Shown here: one piece after another, positions 1 through 15,560 of the stretch
Layout of the letters: each line of letters starts with the position of its first letter
Numbering within the stretch: the stretch's first letter is position 1
Assembly: GCF_009914755.1 (NCBI RefSeq)
Contig: NC_060929.1
Origin: the human T2T-CHM13v2.0 reference genome, Homo sapiens
Reading direction: 5' to 3' (one strand)
DNA length: 64,000 bases
Program-made: the position numbers and the translations under genes
The notes under the pieces: model-generated
The model's input: only the letters and a program-made list of their open reading frames with translations
What the model was told of the DNA's origin: nothing
Database searches by the model: none

Positions 1-20
1 TTTTTGTTTGTTTCTGTTTT

Positions 21-312
21 CTTTTCTTTTTCTTTCTTTTTTCTTTCTTTTTCTTGAGACAGAGTCTCGCTCATGTTACCTCGGCTCACTGCAACCTCCA
101 CCTACCGGGTTCAAGTGATTCTCTTGCCTCAGCCTCCGAAGTAGCTGGTATTACAGGAGCCTGCCACTATGCCCAGCTAATTTTTGTATTTTTGGTAGAG
201 ACGGGGTTTCACCATGTTGGCCAGACTGGTCTCAAACTCCTGACCTCAGGTGATTTGCCCACCTCGGCCTCCTGAAGTGCTGGGATTACAGGCGTGAGCT
301 ACTGCACCCAGC
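21..312 (-). mobile_element. AluS (Sx-like), inserted in the tail of the adjacent AluJ; ~25-bp deletion in right arm
   Basis: T-rich tail then GAGACAGAGTCTC...CTCCTGACCTCAGGTGAT...GGATTACAGGCGTGAGC; TSD TGTTTCTGTTTT at 9-20 and 313-324. Confidence 0.9.
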
Positions 313-319
313 TGTTTCT

Positions 320-320
<1 letters not shown>

Positions 321-356
<36 letters not shown>

Positions 357-639
357 AGACAGGGTCTCACTCTATTGCCCAGGCTGGAGTGAAGTGGAGC
401 AATCCCAGCTTACTGCAGCCTTGACCTCCCAGGCTTAGGTGATCTTCCAGCCTTAGCCTCCCAAGTAGCTGTGACTACAGGCCTGTGCTACCGTGCCCAG
501 CTAATTTTTGTATTTTTTTGTAGTGACGGGGTTTTGCCATGATACCCAGGCTGGTCGCGAATTCTTTGCTTAAGCGATCTGGCTGCCTCAGCCTCCCAAA
601 TTACTGGGATTACAGGCATGTGAGGTGCCACGCCTGGCC
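321..639 (-). mobile_element. AluJ
   Basis: Poly-T then GAGACAGGGTCTCACTCT...CTGCAGCCTTGACCTCCCAGGCTTAGGTGATC (J-type positions). Confidence 0.9.
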
Positions 640-1442
640 AAGTTCATAGTTTTAATAGCTCCATTTTATTGTAAGGAAACCAAGGCAAAATAAAGTTAAT
701 TATTTTTCTCAGTTATGCAGACAGTGAATTTCAGAACCACTTAGGAAATTCAATCCAGACACAAAGGCTCCAGATTACTAAATATAGGTTTGTAGGAAAC
801 AAAAAAATGGGGCTAAGGTGTTCCAGCTAGACTCAGATTTCCCCATGTCCCATAGCGGTCACTACAGCCTGAGATGGGGCTCAGCTTAAGGCTATGGGGA
901 CTAAAGAGATAAAAGGATTTGTATTTTAGCCTCATTCTTAGTCAAGATTGCCACTCCCTTCCTGTGCTCCTGGCTGCAAACTTACTTCTTAAAAACTGGT
1001 AGGACTTGTCTCCCAGGAATGTTTTCAATCATAATTTTTAAAAATCTCATTAGAACATCTAATATTTTATTATTGTTTTTCAGGTTTTCATAGGATAGCT
1101 GTTCAAAGGAAAAAAAATATACAATGCTTGTTTCCCTGAGTTAACAGGAAGACCAGATTTTTCACTAAACTGACCAACATTGCTGTCTGTATGTTATGGA
1201 GTTGTCAACCCACTGTTTAGTCCCTAAGAAGAGAGGATTTGTCACACTGGCTCACACTCACAGACTCAGTCCATGTTTTATAGCCAACAAAGCCTTCAAG
1301 GGACAAACAACATATCTGATATATAGTCTCTTAAAATTTTTGTTGCTATCAATTTTCTATTTATAAACTCACTGCTTGTGTAAATATTTTGTTGTGATTT
1401 TTTCCAAAGATTTGTTATTATTATTCACATCCATGATGGGGG

Positions 1443-1498
1443 AGGAGAAAGAGATAGAGAAAGAGAGAGAGAGAGAGAGAGATTGAGAGACAGAGAGA
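1443..1498 (+). repeat. (GA)n imperfect microsatellite
   Basis: Direct inspection. Confidence 0.9.
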
Positions 1499-1559
1499 AT
1501 ACTCACATTTCAGCCCTTTGAAATCATGCCAGTTATTTTCTGCATAGGATCCCGCTGTT

Positions 1560-1965
1560 TGTGCCTCCACCTCCATTATTCACCCTGCTCGAACCCCCTC
1601 AGTGCCCCCAGGAAGCCACCAGCATATGACAGGCTTGCTGGGTCCTCTGATTTACTGCTGGCTTCCATTAGCTAGGAGCCCACTGGGTAGGAGATTGGAA
1701 AGAGAGTCAGGTGAGAGTATTTATTTCCTGAGCTTCCTCCCTGCCAGGTGCCTTGGGGTAACCCTTTACCAATGGTCACTGATCTTTGCAACACAGAGGA
1801 ATTTCTGCTACTCTCTTCTCTCTAACTGTTAGTTGCCCCCTCCCTCCACTCATCTCTCCCTGACTAGGAATAGTAACAACTCACTTATCATAAGCCCCAG
1901 ATTAGTATCCTTTGTGGCTCCCCTGTGTTAACAACCACTCTGAAAATTAACCCTCCTCTGATTAT
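1560..1965 (+). mobile_element. Old ERVL-class solo LTR (LTR33-like)
   Basis: CTGGCTTCCATTAGCTAGG...GGAGATTGGAAAGAGAG resembles the LTR33 core; highly diverged. Confidence 0.45.
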
Positions 1966-1987
1966 CCTATTTTGATTTTTCCAAATA

Positions 1988-2328
1988 CAGCTGGTCCGTT
2001 GTATTCATGGGTTTTGCATCCATAGATTTAACCAACTGTGGATCAAAAATATTTTAAACAATGGATCATTGCCTCTGTACTATGTACAGACATTTTTTTC
2101 TTGTCATTATTTCCTAAACAATACAGTATAACAACTATTTACATAGCATTTACATTGTGTTAGATATTATAACTAATCTAGAGTTTATTTAAAGTATACA
2201 GGAGGATGTGTGTAGGTTACATGCAAACACTCCATTATTTTATACCAGGAACTTACTTCGGCTTCTGCAGATTTTGGTATTTATAGGGTTTCTGACACCA
2301 ATCCCCCATGAATACTGAATGATAACTA
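1988..2328 (-). mobile_element. MER2 (TcMar-Tigger MITE)
   Basis: TA-flanked; contains CTTGTCATTATTTCCTAAACAATACAGTATAACAACTATTTACATAGCATTTACATTG and terminal CAATCCCCCATGAATAC. Confidence 0.85.
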
Positions 2329-2756
2329 TATTTCCTACTGGAATTTTTACTTGTGTTTTTTTCTCATCATCCTTTTAAAGACCATAACCTACTTGAACAA
2401 GGCTATAATTATTTCTGCAAAGAATATTTCAAAGGGAAGATATATGTAAGGCAAATCTGGCACACTTTTAATTTGCTGCTCTTCCTAATACTTTTTTGTG
2501 GTCTCTCTAAGTCAAGTGTGTTTATATCTTGCCCTATTACAGTGACACATGCTATTCAGCAAAGAAATGTGTCTCCAGATCTTCTGTCTATGTCCAAATC
2601 CCTCAGGACTCTGTTCTCTATTATGCAAGAGTGAACTTAGGTATCTGATCATGAATGTTTTACTCTAATAATGAAAGACAATGTTTTCATACCTTTTCTT
2701 TCATGGGTAAAAGACTTTAGTTTTTAGAGACTTTTAGTTAACAATGTTCTTAATGT

Positions 2757-2902
2757 TCGTTTGTTTTTGGTTTTTGTTTTTAAATAGATATAGAGTCTCA
2801 TTATGTTGCCCCGGCTGGACTCAAACTCCTGGACTCAAGAGATTTTCCTGCCTCAGACTCTCAAATAGCTGGAACTGCAGGCATATATCATCACACCTGT
2901 CT
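2757..2902 (-). mobile_element. FLAM / Alu left monomer
   Basis: GAGTCTCATTATGTTGCCCCGGCTGGACTCAAACTCCTGGACTCAAG monomer with T-rich tail. Confidence 0.8.
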
Positions 2903-3154
2903 CAGATGACAGTTTTAATCAAATGGCGTTCCTAGTTTCTTGAGTTGTGAACTTCTTTGCCTCTATTAAATTTTATAAATAAACCCAATATGCAAAAGAT
3001 AAAAACACAGCTATTCTGTGTGATGTGGTGTTAGAAGGCACACTCACACACTTCTCACTCAACCCTGGAGATTATAGTCTAATGAAAATTCCAAGAACCC
3101 TGGGGTTCTGCAGAACATAGTACATAAATCACTTTACTCATCCAGAAGAATTGC

Positions 3155-4205
3155 CCCACTGATCAGGAACAAGACAAAGATGCCCATTTTCACCATTTTA
3201 ATTCAACGTAGTGCTAGAAGTCTTAGCCAGAGCAATTACACAAGAAAAAGAAATCAAAAGGCATCCAAATTGGAAAGGAAGAAATAGATTTATCTTTGTT
3301 CATAAAGGATATGATCGCATACCTAGAAAATCTTAAAGATTCTGAGTGGTGCACCCAAACACACACACACAGTTGGAAGTAATTAATGAATTCAGCAAAG
3401 TTGCAAGATACAAAATCAATACTGAAACATCAGTTGCAGTTTTACACACTAACAACTGGAAAAAGGAATTAACTTCACACTTATTTGGATGGCCATTATT
3501 AATAAAACACAAATAAGAGGTGTTGGCAAGGATGTTAAAAAATTGTGACCTTTGTGCCCTGTTGGTGGGAATCTAAAATGGTATAGCTGAAATGGACAAC
3601 AGTATGGCAATTTCTGCAAAAAATTAAAATAGAATTACCATATGCTCTAGCAATTTCACTTCTGGGCATATATACCTGAAATAATTGAAAATAGGTTTCT
3701 AGAAGAGATATTTACATACCCATATTCATAGAGGCATTATTTACAATAGTTAAGAGGTAGAAACAGCAGCTTGCATGTCCATTGGTGAATGAATTGATAA
3801 AGTCTAATACATGTTTCCTTGGAGTTACTTATCCTCAAAAAGAAAATTCTGATACATGCTACAACATGGCTGGACCTTGAGGACATTATGAGAAATGAAA
3901 TAAGCCAGTCACATACATAGAAATGCTGTACAACTCATAGTATGTGAAGTATTTCAAACAAATTTATAGAGACAGAATGTAGACTGGTGGTTGCCAAGGG
4001 ATGGGGCAAATAGGGTATGGAAAGTTACTGTTTAATTGGTATGGAGTTTTAGATTTGTAAAATGAAACAAGTTATGGAGATCGGTTGCACAACAATGTTA
4101 ATGCATTAACATTACTGAACTATATACTTAAAAAGAATTAATATGGTAAATTTCATGTTATGTATATTTTAACAATTCAAAAGCATTATTAATAATAAAT
4201 AAAGC
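3155..4205 (+). mobile_element. L1M (L1MB-like) ORF2 fragments plus 3' UTR, with an internal deletion near 3470
   Basis: GGAACAAGACAAAGATGCCC (GTRQ.CP motif), later GGACATTATGAGAAATGAAATAAGCCAGTCAC and a L1MB-type 3' end with A-rich tail. Confidence 0.8.
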
Positions 4206-4246
4206 ATGGTGTGATGCTCATGGTATGCAATAAAAAATAGCTGTTA

Positions 4247-4544
4247 TGCCAGGCGTGGTGGCTCATGCCTGTAATCTCAGCACTTTGGGAGGCCGAGGCA
4301 GGCGGATCACGAGGTCAGAAGATCAAGACCATCCTGGCTAACACGGTGAAACCCCGTCTCTACTAAAAAAATACAAAGAAATTAGCCGGCGTGGTGGTGG
4401 GCTTGTGTAGTCTCAGCTACTCGATAGCCTGAGGCAGCAGAATGGCGTGAACCAGGGAGGTGGAGCTTGCAGTGAGCCCAGAGCACGCCACTGCTCTCCA
4501 GCCTGGACAACAGAGTGACACTCCATCTCAAAAAAAAAAAAAAA
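4247..4544 (+). mobile_element. AluY
   Basis: Y diagnostics (ACCATCCTGGCTAACACGGTG, AATGGCGTGAACC, GGAGCTTGCAG); TSD AAAAAATAGCTGTTA at 4232-4246 and 4539-4553. Confidence 0.93.
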
Positions 4545-4602
4545 TAGCTGTTATAATTTAGATGTACTATACTTTTTTTCCTTTATATTTCTTTTTTTAT
4601 TT

Positions 4603-4712
4603 GGACATCAGGTGCGCAGAATTGGATTATTCATGATAATGAATACCCTTGGCTCAAGGCATACTCTTATCAGTGTTTTGTGTGTGGCCTGCCTTTATGT
4701 TGTTAGTTAGCA
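4603..4712 (-). other. Putative L1 3'-transduced segment (110 bp) with second A-rich tail at 4577-4602
   Basis: Non-L1 sequence lies between the L1's own short tail (4713-4720) and a second tail, all inside the TSD pair. Confidence 0.8.
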
Positions 4713-4924
4713 TTTTTTTTATTATACTTTAAGTTCTAGGGTACATGTGCACAACGTGCAGGTTTGTTACATTTGTATACATGTGCCATGCTGGTGTGCT
4801 GCACCCATTAACTCGTCCTTTACATTAGGTATATCTCCTAATGCTATCCCTCCTCCCTCCCCTCACCCCACAACAGGCCCCGGTGTGTGATGTTCCCCCT
4901 CCTGTGTCCAAGTGTTCTCATTGT

Positions 4925-8748
<3,824 letters not shown>

Positions 8749-8811
8749 TATGATGTTAGCTGGTTATTTTGCTCATTAGTTGATGCAGTTTCTTCCTAGC
8801 CTCGATGGTCT

Positions 8812-9836
8812 TTATAATTTGGCATGTTTTTCCAGTGGCTGGTACTGGTTGTTCCTTCCTTTCCATGTTTAGTGCTTCCTTCAGGAGCTCTTGTAGGGGA
8901 GGCCTGGTGGTGTCAAAATCTCTCTGCATTTGCTTTTAGGTAAAGTATTTTATTTCTCCTTCACTTATGAAGCTTAGTTTGGCTGGATATGAAATTCTGG
9001 GGTGAAAATTCTTTTATTTAAGAACGTTGAATATTGCCCCCGCCTCCCCGCCTTCTGGCTTGTAGAGTTTCTGCCGAGAGATCAGCTGTTAGTCTGATGA
9101 GCTTCCCTTTCTGGATAACCCGAGCTTTCTCTGTGGCTGCCCTTAACATTTTTTCCTTCATTTCAACTTTGGTGAATCTGACAATTATGTGTCTTGGAGT
9201 TGCTCTTCTCGAGGAGTATCTTTGTGGCATTCTTTGTATTTCCTGAAGTTGAATGTTGGCCTGCCTTGCTAGGTTGGGGAATTTCTCCTGGATAATACCC
9301 TGCAGAGTGTTTTCCAACTTGGTTCCATTCTCCCTGTCACTTTCAGGTACACCAATCAGACGTAGATTTGGTCTTTCCACATAGTCCCATATTTCTTGGA
9401 GGCTTTATTCATTTCTTTTTATTCTTTTTTCTCTAAACTTCTCTTCTCTTGTCATTTCATTCATTTGGTCTTCCATCACTGATACCCTTTCTTCCAGTTG
9501 ATCGAATCAGCTACTGAAGATTATGCATTCGTTACATAGTTCTTGTGCCATGGTTTTCAGCTCCATCAGGTCCTTTAAGGACTTCTCTGCATTGGTTATT
9601 CTAGTTAGCCATTCGTCTAACCTTTTTTCAAGGTTTTTAACTTCTTTGCCGTGGGTTCGAACTTCCTCCTTTAGCTCAGAGTAGTTTGATCATCTGAAGC
9701 CTTCTTCTCTCAACTCGTCAAAGTCATTCTCCGTCTAGCTTTGTTCCGTTGTTGGTGAGGAGCTGCTTTCCTTTGGAGGAGGAGAGGGGCTCTGATTTTT
9801 AGAATTTTCAGTTTTTCTGCTCTGTTTTTTCCCCAT
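8812..9836 (-). pseudogene. L1 ORF1p (RNA-binding), disrupted
   Basis: ATGGGGAAAAAACAG at 9836; fragment RPNLRLIGVPE...RHIIVRFTKVEMKEK at 9018-9380; frameshift near 9040. Confidence 0.93.
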
Positions 9837-10388
9837 CTTTGTGGTTTTATCTACCTTTGGTCTTTGATGATGGTGACGTACAGATGGGGTTTTGTTGTGG
9901 ATGTCCTTTCTGTTTGTTAGTTTTCCTTCTAACAGTCAGGACCCTCAGCTGCAGGTCTGTTGGAATTTGATGAAGGTCCACTCCAGACCCTGTTTGCCTG
10001 GGTATCAGCAGCAGAGGCTGCAGAACAGCGAATATTGGTGAACAGCAAATGTTGATGCCCAACTGTTCCTCTGGAATTTCGTCTCAGAGGGGTACCTGGC
10101 TGTGTGAGGTGTCAGTCTGTCCCTACTGGGGGGTGCCTCCCAGGTAGGCTACTCAGGGGTCAGGGACCCACTTGAGGAGGCAGTCTGTCCGTACTCAGAT
10201 CTCAAGCTCTGTGCTGGGAGAACCACTACTGTCTTCCAAGGTGTCAGAGGTTTCTGCTGCCTTTTGTTTGGCAATGCCCTGCCCGCAGAGGTGTAGTCTA
10301 CAGAGGCAGGCAGGCCTCCTTGAGCTGCGGTCAGCTCCACCCAGTTCGAGCTTCCTGGCCACTTTGTTTACCTACTCAAGTCTCAGCA

Positions 10389-10679
10389 ATGGCGGGTGCC
10401 CCTCCCCCAGCCTCACTGCTGCCTTTCAGTTTGATCTCAGACTGCTGTGCTAGCAATGAGCGAGGCTCCGTGGGTGTAGGACCTTCTGAGTCAGGCACGG
10501 GATATAATCTCCTGGTGTGCCATTTGCTAAGACCATCGGAAAAGCACAGTATTAGGGTGGGAGTGACCCAATTTTCCAGGTGCCTTCTGTCACCCCTTTC
10601 CTTGGCTAGGAAAGGGAATTCCCTGACCTCTTGCACTTCCCGGGTGCGCTGCACCCACTCTCCTGCACCCACTGTCTGA
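10389..10679 (+). CDS. L1 ORF0-like antisense ORF (96 aa), open
   Basis: gcaATGg context; MAGAPPPASLLPFSLISDCCASN...GVGPSE resembles the primate L1 ORF0 N-terminus; translation not shown. Confidence 0.55.
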   Translation: MAGAPPPASLLPFSLISDCCASNERGSVGVGPSESGTGYNLLVCHLLRPSEKHSIRVGVTQFSRCLLSPLSLARKGNSLTSCTSRVRCTHSPAPTV

Positions 10680-10783
10680 CAAACCCCAGTGAGATGAACC
10701 CAGTACCTCAGTTGGAAATGCAGAAATCATCCATCTTCTGCATCACTCACACTGGGAGCTGTAGACTGGAGCTGTTCCTATTT

Positions 10784-10793
10784 GGCCATCTTG
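10784..10793 (-). promoter_or_regulatory. YY1 site of the L1 internal promoter
   Basis: CAAGATGGCC on the minus strand, about 12 nt from the L1 5' end. Confidence 0.8.
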
Positions 10794-10899
10794 GAACCGC
10801 CTCCTAGATGTACCATACTTTTAATAATTCTGCTAAGTTGAAGAGAGACAGATATCTTGCTTATTTTTCCAATTAAATGAACTGAGAAGGGAGGTGTAA

Positions 10900-11500
10900 A
10901 TTTATCTCATAGAAATAAAATTCTAGTACATAAGAGTTAATGTTCAAGGACATTTATTGCAGCACTATTTATAGTGGTAAAAAGTTATCATCAACTAGCA
11001 TCCTCATAAGTTAAGAAATGCAGAAATATGTCCATATAATATAATCTCATGTGGTTGTTTTGATGCATTTGTATGGCACATTTTTTATAATTAATGAGCC
11101 AATGTTGGTATATTATTAGCTGAAGTCTATAGTTTAGTTTAGTACCACTAAACTAATGCAATATGTAAATAATAGGGTTGTATGGCTGTGTTTGTCAGGA
11201 GATTTGTAGGAAGTTCCTGTAGTTTCAGCTCAATTTTTCTGTAATTCTGAAATTGCTCTCAGAAATAAACTATATTCATTTAAAAATCACAAAGCAATAA
11301 TATAAGGATGGTTGATGCCTATGTTCTGACTTGAAGATTTTTAATGCATTGTTAAGTGAGAAAGCTGGTCAAAGATCAACATATATAAGTTGACTTGTAA
11401 AAACAATACGAAAGCACTCTGTATTTTTTATTGTGATTATATGAAAATGAAAAAATACACACCAGGCGATTGGCCTGTTTATTTGGATACAGATGAATGT
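10900..11500 (+). mobile_element. Old L1M (L1MC/ME-like) 3' fragments
   Basis: AAGGACATTTATTGCAGCACTATTTATAG and TCAATTTTTCTGTAATTCTGAAATTGCTCT resemble old L1 3' ends. Confidence 0.5.
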
Positions 11501-12932
11501 TCGGGAGAGAGAGAAGAAAAAATGGCCTTTTAAAAATGGAAAAATACATGTTCTGTTATGCTAAACAGCAGTGAAATATACATACATATTTCTATTTTAT
11601 CATTAAAACAAATGATAATAAATACAACAAATATAAAATTGAATCGCACCATTCTCTCTAATTATGGTAAACCTCTAAGCTCAGACTTTTAAAAGATTTT
11701 TTCTAAGCTCAGACATTTTAGATTTGTCCTTAAAAAAAAAACAAATGTGAAGGAAAGCTTCAGTGATATAGGAAAAAATCATTTATGTTTAAAAAGAACT
11801 TATGAAGACTGCATTTCAGGACCATATCACTACAGACTCAAAAATATATTTTAAAACTTGAAGTTACCACAGAGTTATCCACAGAGCTTGGATTTAATCA
11901 GTAATTTATGCAAATCACTTATTTTTTCTACATGATACTTGCAATCTGGGGGAGCTGCAAAGAAACTTGGTCTATGGGAAATTAATTTAATATGCTAGTG
12001 AAATATTTTTTTAAAGATACTAATTTTGCTAGACAAGACAGAGAATTATGAGGCAGAAGTTTTACTCTTCCCCAAGAAAAGTGAAGTAAAATAATAAGAA
12101 AATAAAATCTTCATTATTTTAAGTGGCTTATCATCTTCTTTATGCTAAATAAACATTTTTCAGTGTAAGTCTTAGAATGAAATATCAGTACTTGAGAGGA
12201 CTTACTGTCATCACAGGGACCTTCCTCACCCTAACAGAGCAGTAGTTGCCTAGCCTGAAGGTTATAGGTGAGAACAATCACAAGGGGTAAGAGAGGATAA
12301 TGTTTCCTGCTTCTGTTTACAGTCTCCAGCCCTAAAGTTTTACACACTGATCATGAGTCGATACTCCAACAGATTCTGCCACAAGGGATTATGAGGATGA
12401 GTTGATAAAGAGTGTTGGGAGATGAGATGGGTGCCAGTGGGAAGCAGATTCTTACAAATAGGGAAAGAAATAATCATTGGAGGGTAAGACAGAATTTGGA
12501 GCTGAATCATACCCCTCTCCCTACCTGAGATGTTTGTACATAAAATTTCATTTGATAGGCATTAAAATATTTTGTGATTGACAGAGCTGGTTTTCAACAA
12601 TCATTGATAGAGCTCTTTTTTGCTTGGGTTAAAAGCAAAATTGACTTCCTAAAACTTTCTCATCTTTTCTCAGATTGGAATAATTGCCCACGTTGCCCTC
12701 AATTCAACAGCCCACAGAAACAGATGTGTTATAAGACAGGCAAAAATGTGTGCCTGCTGTTGGTAGTTTGCTCCAAAATAAAGAAGGTGCCAAACTCACA
12801 GGCAGTTACTTCTTCCAACCTCCCAAGTTGGGTGAGAAGGTAAAAAGGGTGGTCATAAATTTAACTTTCATGAATATTCCCTCATGGCAGATGAGAAGTG
12901 GGACCAGGATTCCCTCAACAGCAAGAGTGTAA

Positions 12933-13311
<379 letters not shown>

Positions 13312-13325
13312 AAGGATTTCTAATA

Positions 13326-13527
13326 TAAAAGTAACTTTGTAAAACACTACATATTTTATATCACTTCAGCATTCTAATTCAGTATGATTCAGTTCATTGC
13401 AATTTAATGCTATTTATTAGCTACTTTTAAAAGTAACTTTTGTAAAACATTAAATATTTTATATCATTTCAGCATTCTAATTCAGTATGATTCAGTTCAT
13501 TGCAATTTAATGCTATTTATCAGCTAC
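13326..13527 (+). repeat. Tandem duplication, 102-bp period, 2 copies
   Basis: TAAAAGTAACTTT...GCTATTTATYAGCTAC repeated at 13326 and 13428 with few mismatches. Confidence 0.92.
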
Positions 13528-13689
13528 CACAGCAGGCACTGAAGATTTAGAGGTGAATAGAACAGGCTCTCACCGCTGAAGGAATTTGTAACTTGTTTAC
13601 CTTTTTTCAGTATAGTTACCAAATCATTTGAAAGAATTTTTTAAAAAATGTTTATCACCGCTTTCAAGTTTTGAGTTTTCTTGGAGCCA

Positions 13690-15560
13690 TACCCTGAAAT
13701 GGCATGCAGGGGCATGAAGACAAGTCAAGTAGCAGCACAGGCCTAATACCAGCCTCCTCTCTGGAGCTCTGGAGTTAGCGCGGCCCCTAGAGTGTTGGGA
13801 AAGATTGGATCACAACTACCTCAATCAGTCATTGAATGTGGGCCTTCTTAGGAAAGACCTGTCCTTGGGTAAGCTGATGCTTCAGATGAGGCAGTCCTTG
13901 AAGTGGCTGACAGCGGCAGGCTGTCTGCTGGCCACATTCCCTGCAGCTGGCAGCACGACCTTTCTCAAAAGGGATCAAAGTGGTACATCTTCATGTTTAT
14001 CAGAGTCTACACGTGCACTGCTTGGATCTAGTTACATATATGGGGAGAACTCCACTAGGCTTCTGATGCTACAGCCCGGTCTACTGGAGCTAACTTTGGG
14101 GCCACAACCAGTTGTCACAGGCTACCTCCTTCACCATCCATTCTAGATTTCCCTTATTTCAGGGAACACCGTTGCTGGTCTCAGTGGCTTACCCGTTGTC
14201 ATGTCTTTACACAATATCCTTAAGAGGGTCTGAGCCCATGGTCACCATGGCTTCTCAGACTGTGATTGCTGCATTTGTCCATTTAATATCACAAAAGGGC
14301 AAGTTAGTAACAAGAGATGCCCAGTGTGAGACCAAACATAGTCCTCCTTGCCTCCAGCATGTAATAGCATCCCTATCTCCCTCCAGTGGTCAATCTTAAT
14401 TACTGTCCAACATTCTAGCGCTTTTCACCTGCTGCTACCTGCCTAAAATACCTGGAGAACAGCCATAACTTACAGATGCATAGGGCTGTTTCTGTGTCTT
14501 CTGGATGAAATGTCCCCTCTTAGTAAGGACCATGAACTCTTTACTCTGGAGAGGCTATATTTGGGATGAGAAGCACAAATTCCCCAAGTGGGTAATTGTA
14601 AGTGAGAATAAGTGTGACCACTCCTGTTTCTACCTCTCTGTTACTGGACCCCTGTATTCTGGATGCAAAGCACCATGCAAAGTTCTGTGACTCAAATGTA
14701 TACTGCATCTTAGAGTATGTAGACATCATCCCCAAAAAGAATTATATCTGAGCTGATGTTTCACCTATGCCTTCAGGAGGCTGTTCCAGAATGTGGTGAG
14801 ACCAGTAGGTTCTGGATAGTCTGATATGTGATATGATCCATGAATCTCATGGCCACGGACCCCCACCCACATAGTCTTTGCTATAAAGTGGGCTTCTAGA
14901 TTTGTGATGTTATGTGGGAAGGCATACTAGTAGATCAAACATGTTACAAGCCCTTGGGTAGTGGTGGTAGTTTGGATCCTATTAGCAGGAAAGAAAAACT
15001 CATACCCCAAATATTTATCTATTTCTATCAAACAAATATTTCTATCAAACAAAAATATTTCTATCAAAACAAATAGCCGGCCTGTGCACTAGTGAATAAT
15101 GATGCAAGTTGGTTTCCTCAAGGAATGGTGGCATATTGTTGAGGGTTCAGCACTGTTTGTTGTTGGTAGGTTAGGTGTTCAGTGGTGGCAGTAGCTCTAT
15201 CAACCTTGGTTCATCTTTACCACTGTGGCCATCTTTTGATGTGCTTATCGTGCCAGCACTGGGGTGGCCAATGAGAGATGCTGGCTGACATCAACTAGCC
15301 AAATCATTTTGTGTGCTTGTGATTTAGTGCCTTTATTGTGATGGTAAATCTCTTGTAGGAGCTAGCATATGACACAAAAAATATTCATCTTTAGCCCCTC
15401 CTCCAGTAGGTCTAGCAATATACTTCTACTTCAGTTATTTTTTCCTGGGTTTCCCAATCTTTCTCTGTTCCCAGCCCTTGACCAGCTAGCTAAATCATCT
15501 GCTATTGCCCATGAGTCCTCTCCTTGGATATGGTGTTTTTGGTTTGGTACCTGACCAGGT
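13690..15560 (-). mobile_element. Class III (ERVL-type) ERV relic: RNase H, integrase and dUTPase-like pol remnants plus probable 3' LTR (~13690-14000)
   Basis: DSWAIADDLASWS (cf. DSWAVANGLAGWS); 14771-14860 translates GHEIHGSYHISDYPEPTGLTTFWNSLLK (cf. GIHWSYHVPHHPEAAGLIERWNGLLK); IDHWREIGMLLHAG near 14350-14395. Confidence 0.8.
15020..15074 (+). repeat. Three tandem copies of TATTTCTATCAAACAAA (17-19 bp)
   Basis: Direct inspection. Confidence 0.85.

Noticed and set aside
11133-11158. 10-bp hairpin TTAGTTTAGT-ACC-ACTAAACTAA
   Set aside because: Short, AT-rich and inside an old L1 fragment; compatible with chance or slippage
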